A stretch of 62,830 nt of DNA, counting the filler, from Sphacelaria rigidula (lineage: Eukaryota), in assembly GCA_964200075.2 (NCBI GenBank). It is 5 parts of 5 records of this genome, joined end to end, with 100 filler letters (N's around TTAATTAATTAA, not from the genome) between each part and the next. Parts side by side here need not be neighbours in the genome. Positions count along the whole stretch, not along the records: positions 1 to 12,487 come from CAXNAA020003710.1; positions 12,588 to 25,073 come from CAXNAA020003711.1; 3 more parts are not named here. The stretch is one strand, 5' to 3'. Positions 1 through 13,399 of this stretch are shown piece after piece (within the stretch, counting starts at the first letter, position 1; each line of letters starts with the position of its first letter). A program made the translations under genes and the position numbers. A model generated the notes under the pieces. It had not been told where the DNA came from. It made no database searches and worked only from the letters and a program-made list of their open reading frames with translations.

Positions 1-911
1 AGCGAGAGCTGGGGAGTCCCTCGAACAAGCATATTGACGCTGTCATTCTAGCGCTGGCTAGCGTCACAAACGTTACATGCTTTGGTGTGGATATCAGTGT
101 GCATACGTGCGACGTATCAGGAAGTTGCCGTGAGGTTGCTCGATGTGTGTTCAATGTACCAATACGTTATATACACCCTAACAGCCCCATTAGCAGCCTA
201 GAATATTGCAATATGAAACTAAAGGCACCCCTCCGGCCATCAGTGTAAATAATACCGGCTGACCCCCTCAGTTGAAATTCAGCTTACTCAAGGTTTCAAC
301 TGATTTATCTATTCATTATGCGTGCAACAAGTAAGTACACGTTCACCAACCTAACTTTGGCGTATAGTCAACTTTTTTACCGTATCGTTTCGGTTTGCCG
401 TCGGTCGTGCGCCCGGTGTACTTCCTGCAAAGGACCGCTACCTTGATCCCGCTTTTTGCCCGGTCCCTTCACTTCGCCGCAACGATGGAAAGGATGGAAA
501 AATCACGGTGCAACTATCATTGAAGTATTCCCGAGCCTCTGCAATCAACACATGATGATCGATCCGTTCTAAGTACAGCACGCAGGCAGTAAACGTACAT
601 GGGGAAAGCCCTGCAAGATTTGCACCGATCATGTGTTTTAAGGCGCGAATGTCAAATCATGAAGCATCACGCAACACAAAATAACGACGTCGCGTTCTCA
701 GAGCTCGTTCCCAACGACAACCCAAGAAAAGATCAGCGTTCATCCTTGAGGTTAGACGCAGCCGTGATGGTGCCCCTCAACTCTCATCGAGGTACAACAA
801 ACGCTACCAACACCATGGTCGAAATTACATTGAAAATTGAATGGCTGTACCTGGCTATACAAGAAAAAACATCTGCTAGAGTTGTTTGGCTAAGGAACGA
901 CGAGGGCTCAC

Positions 912-1065
912 CGTAGTTGTCCGTATCATGCATGACAGAAGTGTCACACTGGTAGCCGAGGGCCAAGTCGACAACCAGCCCCGCCAGAGCGAATACTCGT
1001 GCTACCATCCCAAGAAGGAGACCCATGATAGCGGGAACAACGAAGGCAACGTCGAAAATAGAGCC
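912..1065 (-). CDS. Putative exon of the same unknown membrane protein (GSIFDVAFVVPAIMGLLLGMVARVFALAGLVVDLALGYQCD...)
   Basis: ggcAG acceptor and strong G|GTGAG donor; open frame with a long hydrophobic stretch; phase-compatible with the 1477-1614 exon. Confidence 0.35.
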
Positions 1066-1476
1066 CTGCCTATACCGCGCGTCAACAGAGGTTTAACCAA
1101 CGCATGCGTGAATAGAGCCCTTACTAACGCGGGCGAGTATTTGCTCTCGACTCGCGGAACTGTATTGTCGACGCACCTGCGGTACAATAGTAAATATGCG
1201 GTACATTCAACAACATTTATTTGTGCAAAGGGTAGAAGGAACAAAGAGAAAATAGCACTAACTTGTACCGGCAAGAATTGCACCGCATAATCGCCCGCTG
1301 CACACGACCGTCCGGCTACTGTGGACTGATATGTCTACGCTTTTAACGACGAGGGGAGAACGAAAATCGGGGAACCACCTTCCTTCCACTTTGATATTTG
1401 AGAACCAACCAGATCATACGGTGCTGTGCGCCGACGCGCACCTACAAGTTCAAATTTGAGGTGCCAGATGCCGTAC

Positions 1477-1614
1477 CAGCCCGCCGAGCAGTATCATGAA
1501 AGGAAAGCAACGCAGCAAGAAGAAGGGGGGTGCGAAGGTGGCCGTCACAGGGGGGGTTGACGATCCCAAGCGGCAACCCCTCACCACCAAACTAGCTTTT
1601 TCTATAGAGGACCC
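1477..1614 (-). CDS. Putative internal exon of an unknown membrane protein (GSSIEKASLVVRG...FFLLRCFPFMILLGGL)
   Basis: Bounded by cgccAG and GTacgg; 138 nt, phase 0/0; hydrophobic end; joins in frame to the 912-1065 exon. No family recognised. Confidence 0.3.
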
Positions 1615-2625
1615 CTGGCGACAATTAAGGTATACTGTATGGTGATGGAGCCGCAAGCAAGCTACCGCATCTACCGCGCAGCTACAGGCGTACACGCTGT
1701 AGTCGTCAGATGTTCGGTTTCGATATTCAGTTTGTCCAGGTGGACCAGCCGCGCGCCCTCGAAATTCTCGTGTTGACAATATCTTCTCAATTATTTCAAT
1801 AGTAATGAATAGCAAGCCTTCAAGCCTTGTAGGATTTCGAGTATATATATAATGTTGCTTCTCGACAGACTTGAAATTGGGACTTCTATCTCCAGAGGTG
1901 TTGTACACCGTCACCTACGACGATGTGTGCACTTTTGGCCAATATATGTACAGGAGTGACTACTTGAGACAAGGAATAAATCATACCTTTGGGGCCGGTA
2001 GCAGCGCCTGACCAATTGCCACGATCGAGGTCAAGCTGTACAGCCACACGCGACATCGAATCGTCGCAGGGCGTGCTGTTCAACATTTTGGTGCTTTCAT
2101 CGTTTCGTAAGGGAGTAACTTGCAAAGCGAGAGTGCAGTGATACCTGTGTTCACAAAGTACCCGCAAGCGTGTGTCATCGCTTACTTCGTCACCAAAAAC
2201 AGAACCACGATGATGGAAATGTACCAACCTGGCAACCCCAAAGAGACGATAACTTCGCGTCTTTGTTGATTTGCGACTACGACTTACGCGTGTTATAACT
2301 ACTGGCACCAGGTCACCCCTTGGAGGGAAGTTGAGCCCAGCGGAGGAATGGAAACGGCTCAAGAACTCCGAAAATCAGGGACGAGTGCTGACTCTACCGG
2401 GTAATGCAGCACATATATTGTTTCAGTTGTCCTCGTCAGATGAGCTTGCTTCGAACCTGAGGTTAGCCGCACAGGATAGCACCACCGGGGATCGCTACAA
2501 ACTCGTGCCTAGTCAAGCAGGTAATACGAAATTATTAGTCCCATTAAGTGGATGGGGAACAACGATACAAAGTGCTCGCAGATTAATGGCAGTTATTACT
2601 TCATCGAACGCTTCATGAATGAGTT

Positions 2626-2917
2626 ATGCGCCTCCGCTCAAAACTAAAAGGGATTGCAGCCAAAGCGGAAGGAGGTGGGGTGGAGAATGCCGAAGGCACG
2701 GCACAAGACGGAAATCGACGAGCTGTGGAGAAACTCATCGTGACTTGGGACGAAGAGGTCCCGCCGGCTCGATTGCCTGAACTCTCAGAAGCCGCTCGCC
2801 AGATACTGACGAGCGGATTAATTAGTCTGAACTTGAGCGGGTGTCACCTAAGCGACGACGATGTTGGGAACATTGCGCTCTCCTGGACACCATGGCTGAG
2901 AGAGATTAGCCTTGCAC
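2626..2917 (+). CDS. Leucine-rich repeat protein, first identifiable exon
   Basis: Contains LISLNLSGCHLSDDDV (LRR consensus); donor C|GTAAG at 2918; phase 1 joins the next exon to give LREISLARNKL. Confidence 0.75.
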
Positions 2918-4007
2918 GTAAGGCTCGGGCGATTGTGTACATGTACCCCTACGACAACAAAATACATACCTCAGGAACTGACACTGACATCATGCAGAAT
3001 ATGCTCTTCATGAACTCGAAAGTGTGTATTCGAACGGAAGTGCGAAGATTTTAGCTTGACCCTTCGAGGCCTGGAGTCTTTGATAGTGTGTTATACACGC
3101 AATTCTTTGGTGGCATCAAACACTAAAACCATGCAATTTCCAAAGAACGCCAGCGACTAGGATATTAAGGCCCTCGAAACCTCACCACTACATGCACGCC
3201 GCCCACAGAGTTGAGTGAACCAGGTCCTCGCAGGTGTGGACATTTGTGATATGCATATACTTACAATATGCGTATGTTCTTTCCATGATGTTTTAGTGAA
3301 ACAGCCGATGGCCAAAACTAACAGTCTTCAACTCCTGTATCTTTCAGACCCTTGAAAGTGAATGAAAATGTGCTGTGTCCTCCTGTAGTAGCTACCTGCG
3401 CTGTTGCCAGGAACGCCAGACTGTTCCTCTTTCTCGTTTCATCCCTTTGGAGCATTGCGTGCCAAACAGGACTCTCATGAAGCCGCCTCACCGCGTTGTC
3501 AGAGAGCGAAAATCCCTCGAGACACTGTAAAGAAAATCCGAGCAAGTAGCGTGCCGTATCGGTCTTCGGAAATGACAGTATTCGTACGAATGGCTGGTGG
3601 TTTCAAATATACCCGGGCTTGTGCACCGCCCTTCCTTCCTGTTGAAAGCATACTTTGACAACACTGGAGTTGGGCACGTGAAAGGAGATATTATCTGTGA
3701 TAAACGAGCTTGCCGATTCACGGTGCACTGAGCTGTATCTCCCTCTATTCGAGTACGAAGTCGGGGGGCTTCATTGCGATCCGATAGAACTCCTGCTGCC
3801 TGAGATGTAAACCAGCACTTACTCGGGGCAGTGTTTACGGATATGGTACGTTGTATTTTGACATATACTCGACCTCAAACCGGTTGAGCTTCAATGAATC
3901 TTCTTGCCTGACCGCCGTGTTAGCGCGATCAGTAAAATTAACGAAGAAAGCACCTTTTGTTTCAGTGCTCCCGTCTTCTGTGCGTCTGCCGTGCACAACT
4001 TACCTAG

Positions 4008-4161
4008 GAAATAAGCTGACGAAGGCACCGGCCCTTTGTGGTCTGGGAAGACTACAAGCGCTTGATCTATCGAATAACAACATAGGCGATCTGGGCCCAG
4101 AAGGTAACTTCCCTGGGGAGCTGGGGCCTACCCTAAGACACCTCGATCTATCGTTCAACAG
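4008..4161 (+). CDS. Leucine-rich repeat protein, exon 2
   Basis: cctAG acceptor and AG|GTGAA donor; encodes LQALDLSNNNIGDL and LRHLDLSFN. Confidence 0.85.
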
Positions 4162-4664
4162 GTGAATGGGGTCGCTTCCGGAAGACTATGTCAAAGTTTC
4201 TCGCTTGTCGCACACGATATACTGCAGTTCACATTCGGTAGTTGCGACCCGAGCAAAATAACGCTGGAAGCTATATGTTCTTTTGTATTCTGTTGTCAGC
4301 CCTGTCTGGGCCAGGTGTTGTACTTTTCAGCAGTTTTGGTCGCCTTGAAATGTTTTTTCCTAGCTTCGCAACCAAGCTCTGTGTTTTTTCGCGATTGCTG
4401 TATTCGTGTCGGTTTAGCAGCTCTACACCACAGAAAGGCACCCAGGGACATCGCGTAAACCGAGAAACGTCGCGTAGATGCGGGGCCTGGGCATCAATAT
4501 TAGACGGGCCAACCCCAACAGAGCACATGCAGCCTGATGGTCAATATTTCCGAGAGCTCGAAGTAGACGGGCGTGAAGATACTCCACCTACTACAAATCG
4601 AGCGACACTCTGCTTTTCCCACTTATCTGTGCCTACCAGTGTTGACTAATTAACAAAAAAAAGG

Positions 4665-4786
4665 TTCGATACGTTATTTCCAAAGTATCGACATAGAGAC
4701 GTCGATATCGATATTTTTTCGATACGCGGAAAATGACCCGATACGTATCGATACTCGATACTGATAATCGATACGATACGATACGG
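4665..4786. repeat. CGATA/TATCG-rich short repetitive, quasi-palindromic patch in an LRR intron
   Basis: More than a dozen CGATA/TATCG motifs on both strands in ~120 bp. Confidence 0.6.
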
Positions 4787-4980
4787 CCGTTTTGGTGGGG
4801 ACGCAGCTTGCAAGACCTCACGGTACTACACTGACACACTGGCAGCCTAACTAGGAGTGGGAGCACGCCTGATTGTATGAAGGTACAGCAGCACCAGTGT
4901 GTGATTTCTTATCTGGCACAATGGAAGTGGCGGCACAACACGCGGCGTGGGGGTTTGTTAACCGCTTGAGAGGGCGAGAA

Positions 4981-5195
4981 ACCCTAACCCTAACCCCAAG
5001 GAAGGCACACCGAGAACCCTCGGGCGAGGGGGTGCAAAGTGTGCCCTAAGCAAAGTGTGCGTTGCCAGAGCTCAAATCGGCGCCCCAGGAGTCGATTTCG
5101 ACAAAAACGCGTTCTGCGCACGCTAGAAGCACGCTTGGAGCACAGCCACAATAAAGATCCGGATTTCGCTGTCCACATCAAAATCAAGTCAAACT
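4981..5195 (+). repeat. Dispersed ~210-bp repeat headed by telomere-like CCCTAA units (family T), copy 1
   Basis: accctaaccctaaccc followed by a body (gagaaccctcgg..gggtgcaaagtgt.ccctag..aaacgcgttctgcgc..cttgg..aaaatcaagt) shared with copies at ~52530, ~53690, ~54190 and ~56005-56203 (-). Confidence 0.75.
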
Positions 5196-6136
5196 AGAAA
5201 TCAACCACAGCACCCTCCCAAGTGGTAAACTGTACTGGCGACGTGATGCTTTGGTTTAACAAGATTGGTTCTTCATCGTACAAGAGGCAAGAAGCAAAAG
5301 AGGTAGTTGATCACAACGCCAGGTGTGATGCGTGATACACTGTGTGTTGTTCAGGCCGGTAATATATCAAAGTATATTTTGCGGCCACTATTCCGTCATG
5401 TTTCGATCGAATTTGAGCATTCATCTCGACTCTGTGCACCACGCACTGCGAACGCACTCCTCATGATTCAAGAACAAACACGCCAAACCTCGAAACTGCG
5501 CGATAATGATAATGCAAATGCGCGCTCGCTTTTTATGTTCTCCGCACCAAACGAGGGGAAAAGTCGGCAGCATACGTCCAAGTTCTTTATTGTTGGCTAC
5601 ACAACAAAGTAAAAACTTCAGTCACCTGAACGCCAAAGCAATAGAATTCAAAAGCTTCCAGAGAACAAATGGATATGATGGGAAGAGGAAATGACCGTCT
5701 ACCCTCACACGCGAAACACTCCCGCCGACTTGAAACATTCACGAGGCATCCGTGGTACTTTTTCACCCCGTTTCTGATGTCTGCACATGAGACACCGCTA
5801 AACTACCAACTGCAACGTCCAAACACTGTAGAAACGCCGGACACAAAAACAGGCTGGCTTCACGGCGGCGACTGCTCATGATCGCTTTGAGAGGGGGGGC
5901 TTGGGTTCGAATCGCCCATTTGCCACCCGACTCTGTGGCACCCATCAAGAAACACCAAGTTATTGCCCCCTTCGGTGCCCAACTTGTTGCGTTTCTTCTT
6001 GTGTGGTGTGTGGAGAGTGTGTGGAGTGTGGTGGAAGCGAGGTGGTGTATTTTTCAACCCTGCTGCCTACCGACGAGAAACTTGAGCACGAAACATACGA
6101 AACCCCGTGTTGTAACTTTGCGTCCTGACCATACAG

Positions 6137-6404
6137 TCTCGCCAGCCTCATGGCGGTGCGAACAGTTCAGGCAACCGAGACTGAGACGGATAGGCGAGAC
6201 CATGCGGGAGAAAACGCCTTGTGCGCTCTGCAGTCGCTCCAGTCTTTGCTGCATCTCAACGTCGCGAATAACAAGCTCGAAAATATAAAGCTGTCGATTT
6301 CAGCTGTCACGAGGGGGAGGTTTCCTCAGCTGATCAGCTTAGACTTCCGTGGCAATGCACTACCTCTTGAACACCGGGTTAGTGAAGTTATCCGGATCAC
6401 CAAG
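6137..6404 (+). CDS. Leucine-rich repeat protein, exon 3
   Basis: ctgac branch point with tacAG acceptor; phase-2 join gives LDLSFNSLASL; encodes LLHLNVANNKL and LISLDFRGNAL; donor AAG|GTAAGA. The terminal exon is not resolved. Confidence 0.8.
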
Positions 6405-8292
6405 GTAAGATAGTGCGTCGTAGACACGTCGTCGACGCACAAAGCACAGACATGATTCACCTGGGTCCCAGGCCTGACTATTTTACACACAAGTCATCAT
6501 ATTCGTCGGATTTTCAGTTGTCAGGTGCCCAATTTGTAGGATTAGTTCACTGTTTTAGATCGCTCTGTGTCGCGCTTTTTGGGGTGCGCAAACTGTGAGG
6601 GGCCTGGGCTGCCGCCCAGGAACGACCCAAACAAGGCTGAAACATCAACCACGGAACATGGCGTGTTTCCGACACTTCGGGGTGGGGAAGTCCGAATGCT
6701 TGGAGGAGGACATGTCTGGATTATGAAAAGCAGCATCTAGCTCAAAATGCGTCAAGATAGCTGGCTAACTTCATGCTCCACGCCCTCTCGATTTACCAGT
6801 CTACAAAAATATCGAGAGTACAATGGACTCACGCCTGAGCGATTGACTTCGGCTGACAGGGGTTGCCCACGCTTTCAACATTAGACGGAGAGGCGGTGGT
6901 TCGGACGGGCATGACACTTTCTTCGAAACAACCAATGTTCGAGCTGCTCTCGACCGGTGAGGTCATTTCAACTGTTACAGGCTTATGATCTTTGCTCTAC
7001 TTTGAGCGTGTTCCAAGGTTCGTCGTTGAGCTTTTACAATCCATATTACGACTAGAAGGAACGTGCGTTTCGTTAACACGCACCCTCAAAAGCACGCTTC
7101 ACCACTCAATTCACGGCAAATGCGCGCGCGTGTGTACAGCTACCCCCGGGAGGACTCTGATGTCCTAGACCTTGAAGTTCCTCGAGACATTCTACTCGCC
7201 GTTAGTCTTTCAATGCTGCTACGTAGCCCAACGTTACACACGACTTTGGAGACGTTGGTTCCTAAATGGTTTGACATACGGTATCAGTTGGTGGCTAGCG
7301 TGCAACGTGGGAATGTCCATCTGTTTCCACGTCGCTGTATTTCACACGTCGGATAGATTCCAATCCGTCTGAAAATTCCTTCTTCGCAGTATACTGATCC
7401 GGATCATCTGACCCTACGTTTTCATGTTTGTTCCTTGCCGCGCCGGACGCCGAGCACGCCGAGTAGCGCAAAGGTTGCGCTTAGGTTTTTCTGATCCCGC
7501 TGACATATATATTTTTTCTTTTCGGACCACTGGATTCGATACTCTTCATCGATTAGTTGTTTCAGACAGGCATACCCCACGGGTAGTGCTACTGGGGAAT
7601 ACATGAGCAATGCTCCTGTGGTCGACGGAACGGGAAACATCGCTATTTCCTCCCCTAACGAAATAAATGGATTCCACTTGTCGCTGTCTCCCTCCTTCAT
7701 CAGCTGAACAGGAGGGTCGGCGAGAAGAAACCTGCAGCTGTGTGGAAGGCAATCCGTGCCTGGCGGCGTATAATTGCCGGGATTGGGCAAACCGGTTTGC
7801 GGTGGCGGCAGCAGCGGCAGCAGCATCGAAATAGCACAGCGTTCTAGGAGCGCTGTCGTGCAGGCTATTTAAGCCAATGTAGCGCGGGTGTTGTTTAGAC
7901 GGCTTGTCGCCCATGACCCAGGACACGTTGTCTTCAGTGTGTTTTTCGTCACTGAACCCCGCTATGTTCTGTCTCATTTGTAGTGTGACTGCTTCTTGGA
8001 AGGACATGAAACACAAAGACAACGACTCCCTCATTTTCAATAGTATCGTCCTGTAGAGGTATAGCTCGGTCCGCATCCATGTGGACGGGATCGTGCGTCC
8101 AACGCAGCTCATTTACAAACATAAGCCAGCATTTGTCAGAGGGAAACTACGGGATACAAAGCAGTCCGAAATACTTATTCGGAACGTTCCTCGTGGTTGA
8201 AGAACGCGAAATTGTTCCCGTTTCTCTGCGGATCATGAATGGACCACGGATTACGGCTCGTGAGCCGACGGGGGACTATACGATTCGTGGTG

Positions 8293-8570
8293 TGTCGGGA
8301 TAGGGTGGTACTCCACGACCACACCTACTTACTCCTTCTTTACTCCTCTCTCCACCCAATTTCCTCCCTGTAGATAGTAGTAAAAATATATACTTGAAAC
8401 ACAGCACCTGAATCTTCTGAATACATAGTGCAAGAGGGCAGCATTTTGTCTGGGCACACAGCACAGGACTATTGTTACTACACCGCCATCTCATCGACAC
8501 GATCACTTGAATACGTTAACGTGGAGTTCGAACTTAACTCGTTGTTCTGAGATAGCGGACCAAAACAACA
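8293..8570 (+). mobile_element. Probable 5' LTR of the Ty1/copia element
   Basis: TGTCGGG...AACAACA ends (TG..CA) immediately upstream of gag-like sequence. The 3' LTR is not present (scaffold ends), so the boundaries are unconfirmed. Confidence 0.45.
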
Positions 8571-11500
8571 CAGTTGAAAACCTGAAGGCATTACTCCAGA
8601 CGCAGGTCACGACCTTCGAAGAAAGACTATCACGCATCGAGGTTAGTCGGGAAAATAATGGCGGAATGGTAGACGGGCCCGTCGCTGGAGACCAGCCTTC
8701 ATATTCTGAAGGTGCTGAGACTGGTGAGCGGGCAGGGGTCTGCTTCCGGTCGTAGAGCTGGAGTCATCATCGATAGCATGCCGCGAGCTGTCGGTGAGGT
8801 TGAGATTGCAAGGGGTTGCAGTTTTGCCATAGGACCTCGGGAAATAAGCAGCATCAAAACTACTGTTCCCAAGCTCGGGAGCAGCATAGATTTTCGTTGT
8901 GGAAGAAACTTTTGAAGAGTTTTGCCCTTTCGAAAGATTGTATGCAGAGGTTTACTACCGTAACTGACATGTCGCTGGGCGATTCCTCCATGACTCCCCG
9001 ATCTTTGCTTGATCAAAGTTCCCATGAACCAAGCATACGACGAGTCCGTATCGCCTGGACGTGTTTGGCTGAGAGCATCACGAACCGTGACTGGCGAAGC
9101 AAGGTGGTTAACATCAACCCCCTAGTGCCGATTGGTGTACCTTACGCAATTGGTTCTTGCTGAGAAGTCTCTCCCAGAGGTCGAAATGGAAGCAAATTTT
9201 CAACAAATGACAGATAGTGAAGGAGGATTCAATGAAGGTTTTCGTGTACTTCGACAAGATTGCAGGTGTGCTAGGATCATTGGCGGTACACGTGCCTGTA
9301 GATTATGTTAATCTTGAGATAGTAGAGGTGCTCAAGGTCGACTATCACTTCGAACCGCGTACTACCTTGTACAGAGATAAAATGTCAGCCGTGCCAAGAT
9401 AGAGGCAACAGCAAGACAAAGATACACGCTCATGTCTAGGAATGGTACAAAGAGTCGTAGCGAAGAGCAAGCTCTCGTTACAAACAAGCCCACTTGCAAT
9501 CAATACGGCGCTAAATGTGGAAAGGGTGTTTCCAGTGGTATATGGGCTGTAGCCGACAAGAATGACCAAAATAGTAGTACGAAGAACGTAGGCAAGAAGT
9601 ACGACGACACGTAAAGCAAGTCCCACCGTTGTTTGGAGCCAGAACATCGATGGTTCGACTTCACCGCACACGTCATCCCCCCCGCAAAGAAATCACAGAG
9701 CGACTCTAGGGAGATCATAGCGCGTTCGTCGATCGGTGTACATGGTGAGAAAGATGCGGTAGGAGAGCGTGAGAAAAGTAAGAATAGCACTAACGTTCGG
9801 ATAGCTGATCGTTGTGCGATCTTCACATCACTAGATTACTCGACTTGCCCCTTGATATGCAACCATCCGAGGATAAGGTTGGGATGGCAACGACACTTTA
9901 ATCCACAATGAGGGTCATGGGTCGTTGGCTGTTGTTTCCCCCAACAAGGCAGGAGGAAGAGTAGTATGGTTTGATAAGGTGGCACATGTATCCGAGTTGG
10001 CTTCGAACCTTGTGTCCGCGACGGCTGCGCACACAGGAGGCGTAGGTTTCACAACTGATGACTACAATATGAGTGTGACCCGACTGGATGGACGTCTTAG
10101 GTTTTGCGGCGATGGATCTGCATACTCAACCCATCAAGGAAGGATTGACCCTGATGGTGACTACATCTCCTGTCCACTGTTGTTCCCGAGCCCGTCGAGA
10201 AAACCTCGTGCAACCTGACCATCCTGTCCTCCTGACGTTGCCTGTAATGACCCCCGGAAGTGCTGCCTCGCGTGAGACTGCCGTAGACATAAACTTTTCC
10301 ACTGCGTGCACAGCCATACTACCGTATTTCTTTTGCGAGAGACCGCTAAATAGCTATATGTGGAGTTACTGGGTGTGTTGAGACCGTGCGTTGGATGTTC
10401 CATGTCCAAGGGATATCGTAAACTGATTGCTGGCAGTCCGAAGTCACGTGCTTGAGAAAAGCTGGAGAGAGTGTTGTTTGATCTCAGTGGCCCTTAGGGA
10501 GCTCCTTTATTGCTGGGGAAGAATTACGTGATGATAGTGAAGGAATTTACCCGGTACGCATAGGTATACTTGCTCGAGATAAAGTCCAATACCGCTGACT
10601 CCTTCAGAAAGTGTTTGGCTGATGTACGCGCCGATGGCGTACCACCGGAGGTGACAATAGTAAGGTCTGACGATGGAGGAAAGTGTTCAGGTGAGGACTT
10701 CGGGTACATCTGCTGGTACTACCGGAAAAGCAGGAAGTCACCAGCGCGAAGTGTCCGGAACTGAACGGTGTTGCCGAGAGAGCTCGAAGTGTCATTCCAA
10801 ACGCCGTATTTACCGCTCGCATCCAAGTCCCCCTCCTCTTTCCACACGTCGAATCGCCACCATCGGACACCCTCTGAGCTGGGAGAGTACACTGGGCGTG
10901 TGAAGCCCTGGACCACATTGCGACGACGTTCAATCCACGTAACAAGTCGCCGTACGAGATGTGGCATCGTGAGGCAAAACCTGCATCACCGCACCCGTTT
11001 CTCCGTCCGGGCTATTACCGCTGGAACCGCTCGTCGAAGTCGTTCCCCAAGTGCGAGAGTAGAATCTACTTCGGCCCCGGCAACGACCACCCCCGCGATT
11101 CATTGCGGATGCTGATGCGGGTGAACAAGGTGGTGGAGCCAAGGGACGTCACCTGGGGGGCACCACTGATCATGGTGGTGCCGCCGGTGCAACAGCAGAC
11201 GGGGGAGGCATCGGAGCTGGAAGAGACTCCAGAGCCGGGAGGGATAGGTTATTTCAAGTCCGCCCCACTGACTTCATTACCGCTGCTGCGGAGGGGAATC
11301 CTCATCAGCGTCGAGTGGCAACTCCAGGCTAGGGTGGTGAAGATGAGAGAGGTTCTGTAGGCGATGAAAATCAGCTGGCTCCCGACATCACAACTGCTTT
11401 ATCAGGTGATTATTTGTCGTTGGCGAGCAACAAGTCGTTCGCTGACATCGACCTCTCAGTCGAGGGGAACGAGTCATCTCTATCGGACGAAAGTGGTCTG

Positions 11501-12424
11501 GCTCCAACAGTGACGCGGACTGCGGCGCGCGAACTTGAGTCGCATCTGGTTGGATTCAGAAATGGCGAGGAACTTGGGCGAACCAGAGCACAGAAGAACG
11601 GATTCGATGGGCTCGTGGCTGTCGAAACGTTTGCGGAGATGACTGAAACTCCTGACGGGTGCTACATCGTAGACGCTAAGTAGCTGCATAAGCGGAAGGT
11701 TGATCCGCATGGTATATTTGACGGGGGAAAGCCCGTGTGGTAGCTGCGGGGGTACAGTCAGGTAGAAGCAGTAGACTTCTTTGGCAAGTTTACCCCCTAT
11801 GACCTCTTCTACTGAGAACAGGTTGGTGGCGGCTACGGCATGTGAGCTAGACTGAGATTTGAGGCACTTGGATGCAGACCAAGCTTTCATCCAGTCGGAG
11901 TTGGATACTGATATCTACTTGCTCCTGCCCCCCGCTTGTGGAGAGGTATCTGGTGAAACAGTGCGTCTCGACGAGGCGTCATACGGTTTGAAGTAGGGTG
12001 GCCATGCTTGGTACCAACCGCAGTCTTCAACCCTGGTGGAGTGTGGTTTCGAGTAATGCTTGTAGATCCCTGTGTGCTACGACTGAGGGTTGCCGATGAC
12101 GTTGTGGCGGTGATGGTCTGTTATGTGGACGACGTCAAGATTGCAGCTTCGGAGGAGGTGACTGAAGTGGTAGTCAGTGCCCTCAATCAGAAATTTCCCG
12201 CCACACATCTCGGGGAGATGGAGTAGTATATCGGTCGTGAGTTTGAAAGGGGCCGGGAAAATGGAACGTCGGAGTTTTCACAGGCCCAATTTATTATGAG
12301 TGTGCTATTTCGTTTTGATATCTGAAAGATAAGCCTCATCCCGCTGCTCCTTCCTTGGACCTCAGGCACGTAAGCGAGGAGGAGGCCATGGTGGAGAACC
12401 CTTCCCGTGAGATTGTGGGGAGCC

Positions 12425-12425
<1 letters not shown>
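8571..12425 (+). mobile_element. Degenerate Ty1/copia LTR retrotransposon (gag-PR-IN-RT remnants)
   Basis: Gag-like segment (~9220-9400) and decayed zinc knuckle (~9620-9670); integrase (PCVGCSMSKG, LERVLFDLSGP, YVMIVKEFTRY, IVRSDDGG) upstream of RT (KARVVAAGYSQ, HLDADQAF, YGLK*GGHAWY, DPCV, YVDD, REIVGSL); many stops and frameshifts; IN-before-RT order indicates copia. Confidence 0.93.

Positions 12426-12454
<29 letters not shown>
12426..12454. repeat. (TTA)n microsatellite
   Basis: Directly visible. Confidence 0.9.
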
Positions 12455-12456
<2 letters not shown>

Positions 12457-12487
12457 TCCGCACATTAGTACGATCTCGCGAACCCGT

Positions 12488-12587
12488 NNNNNNNNNNNNN
12501 NNNNNNNNNNNNNNNNNNNNNNNNNNNNNNNTTAATTAATTAANNNNNNNNNNNNNNNNNNNNNNNNNNNNNNNNNNNNNNNNNNNN
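12488..12587. other. Artificial scaffold linker N44-TTAATTAATTAA-N44
   Basis: Identical 100-nt spacer carrying a six-frame stop palindrome, repeated four times. Confidence 0.98.
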
Positions 12588-12743
12588 CTCCTAACAATTC
12601 CAACCTCAGAAATTATTCATGTATCCCTACCGTAGCATCACTCTTGTGGATAATGACCATGACTGGGTCCCTTGGGGATCAGTTAATGTACGACAAATTG
12701 AATGGTGGTGTACTTTCACCCCTCTTCTCCTGAAGACAAATCC

Positions 12744-12878
<135 letters not shown>

Positions 12879-13399
12879 CATATCAGCCCTTCCAGTGGTG
12901 ATAAAGTAATGGCACAAAAGGCAGGACACAAGAAAAAACAAAATACACCCACGAAGATGACGAACATGGCGCCCCAGAGAGCGGGGTACTGCAAACCCGC
13001 CAGCAAAACAACTAGTGCTATCAGGGGACCACTCTGTCTCTCCTCCGGTGCATGCCTGGAAAGTCTTCAACTATTGGATCGGCACTCAGACAACTCGTCG
13101 ACTTTCACGATATTTCCATGGTCCTGCTCAGGTCCGCGCACTTTCGACGACGAAAACCGGACTCTATTTTCATATATGTACATGTTTCCCCCAAGATTCG
13201 AACGTCCGGAATCCACTCACACTGAGTGTTGACTGAATCCGTTTCCCGGGCCGTGGTCGTTCATGCATGGATTGTGCACTCTCCGACCACAACTCCTTGC
13301 GCCGACATCATATATTGATATATTGCCCAGGATTTGGGGTGAAAAATATTGCGCTATTATGGCCATTCGTGCTCATTTGGCGCCGAAGTATTGCACTCA

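Noticed and set aside
7420-8112. Minus-strand coding-like region with a poly-Ala tract
   Set aside because: No recognisable domain and no consistent splice sites.
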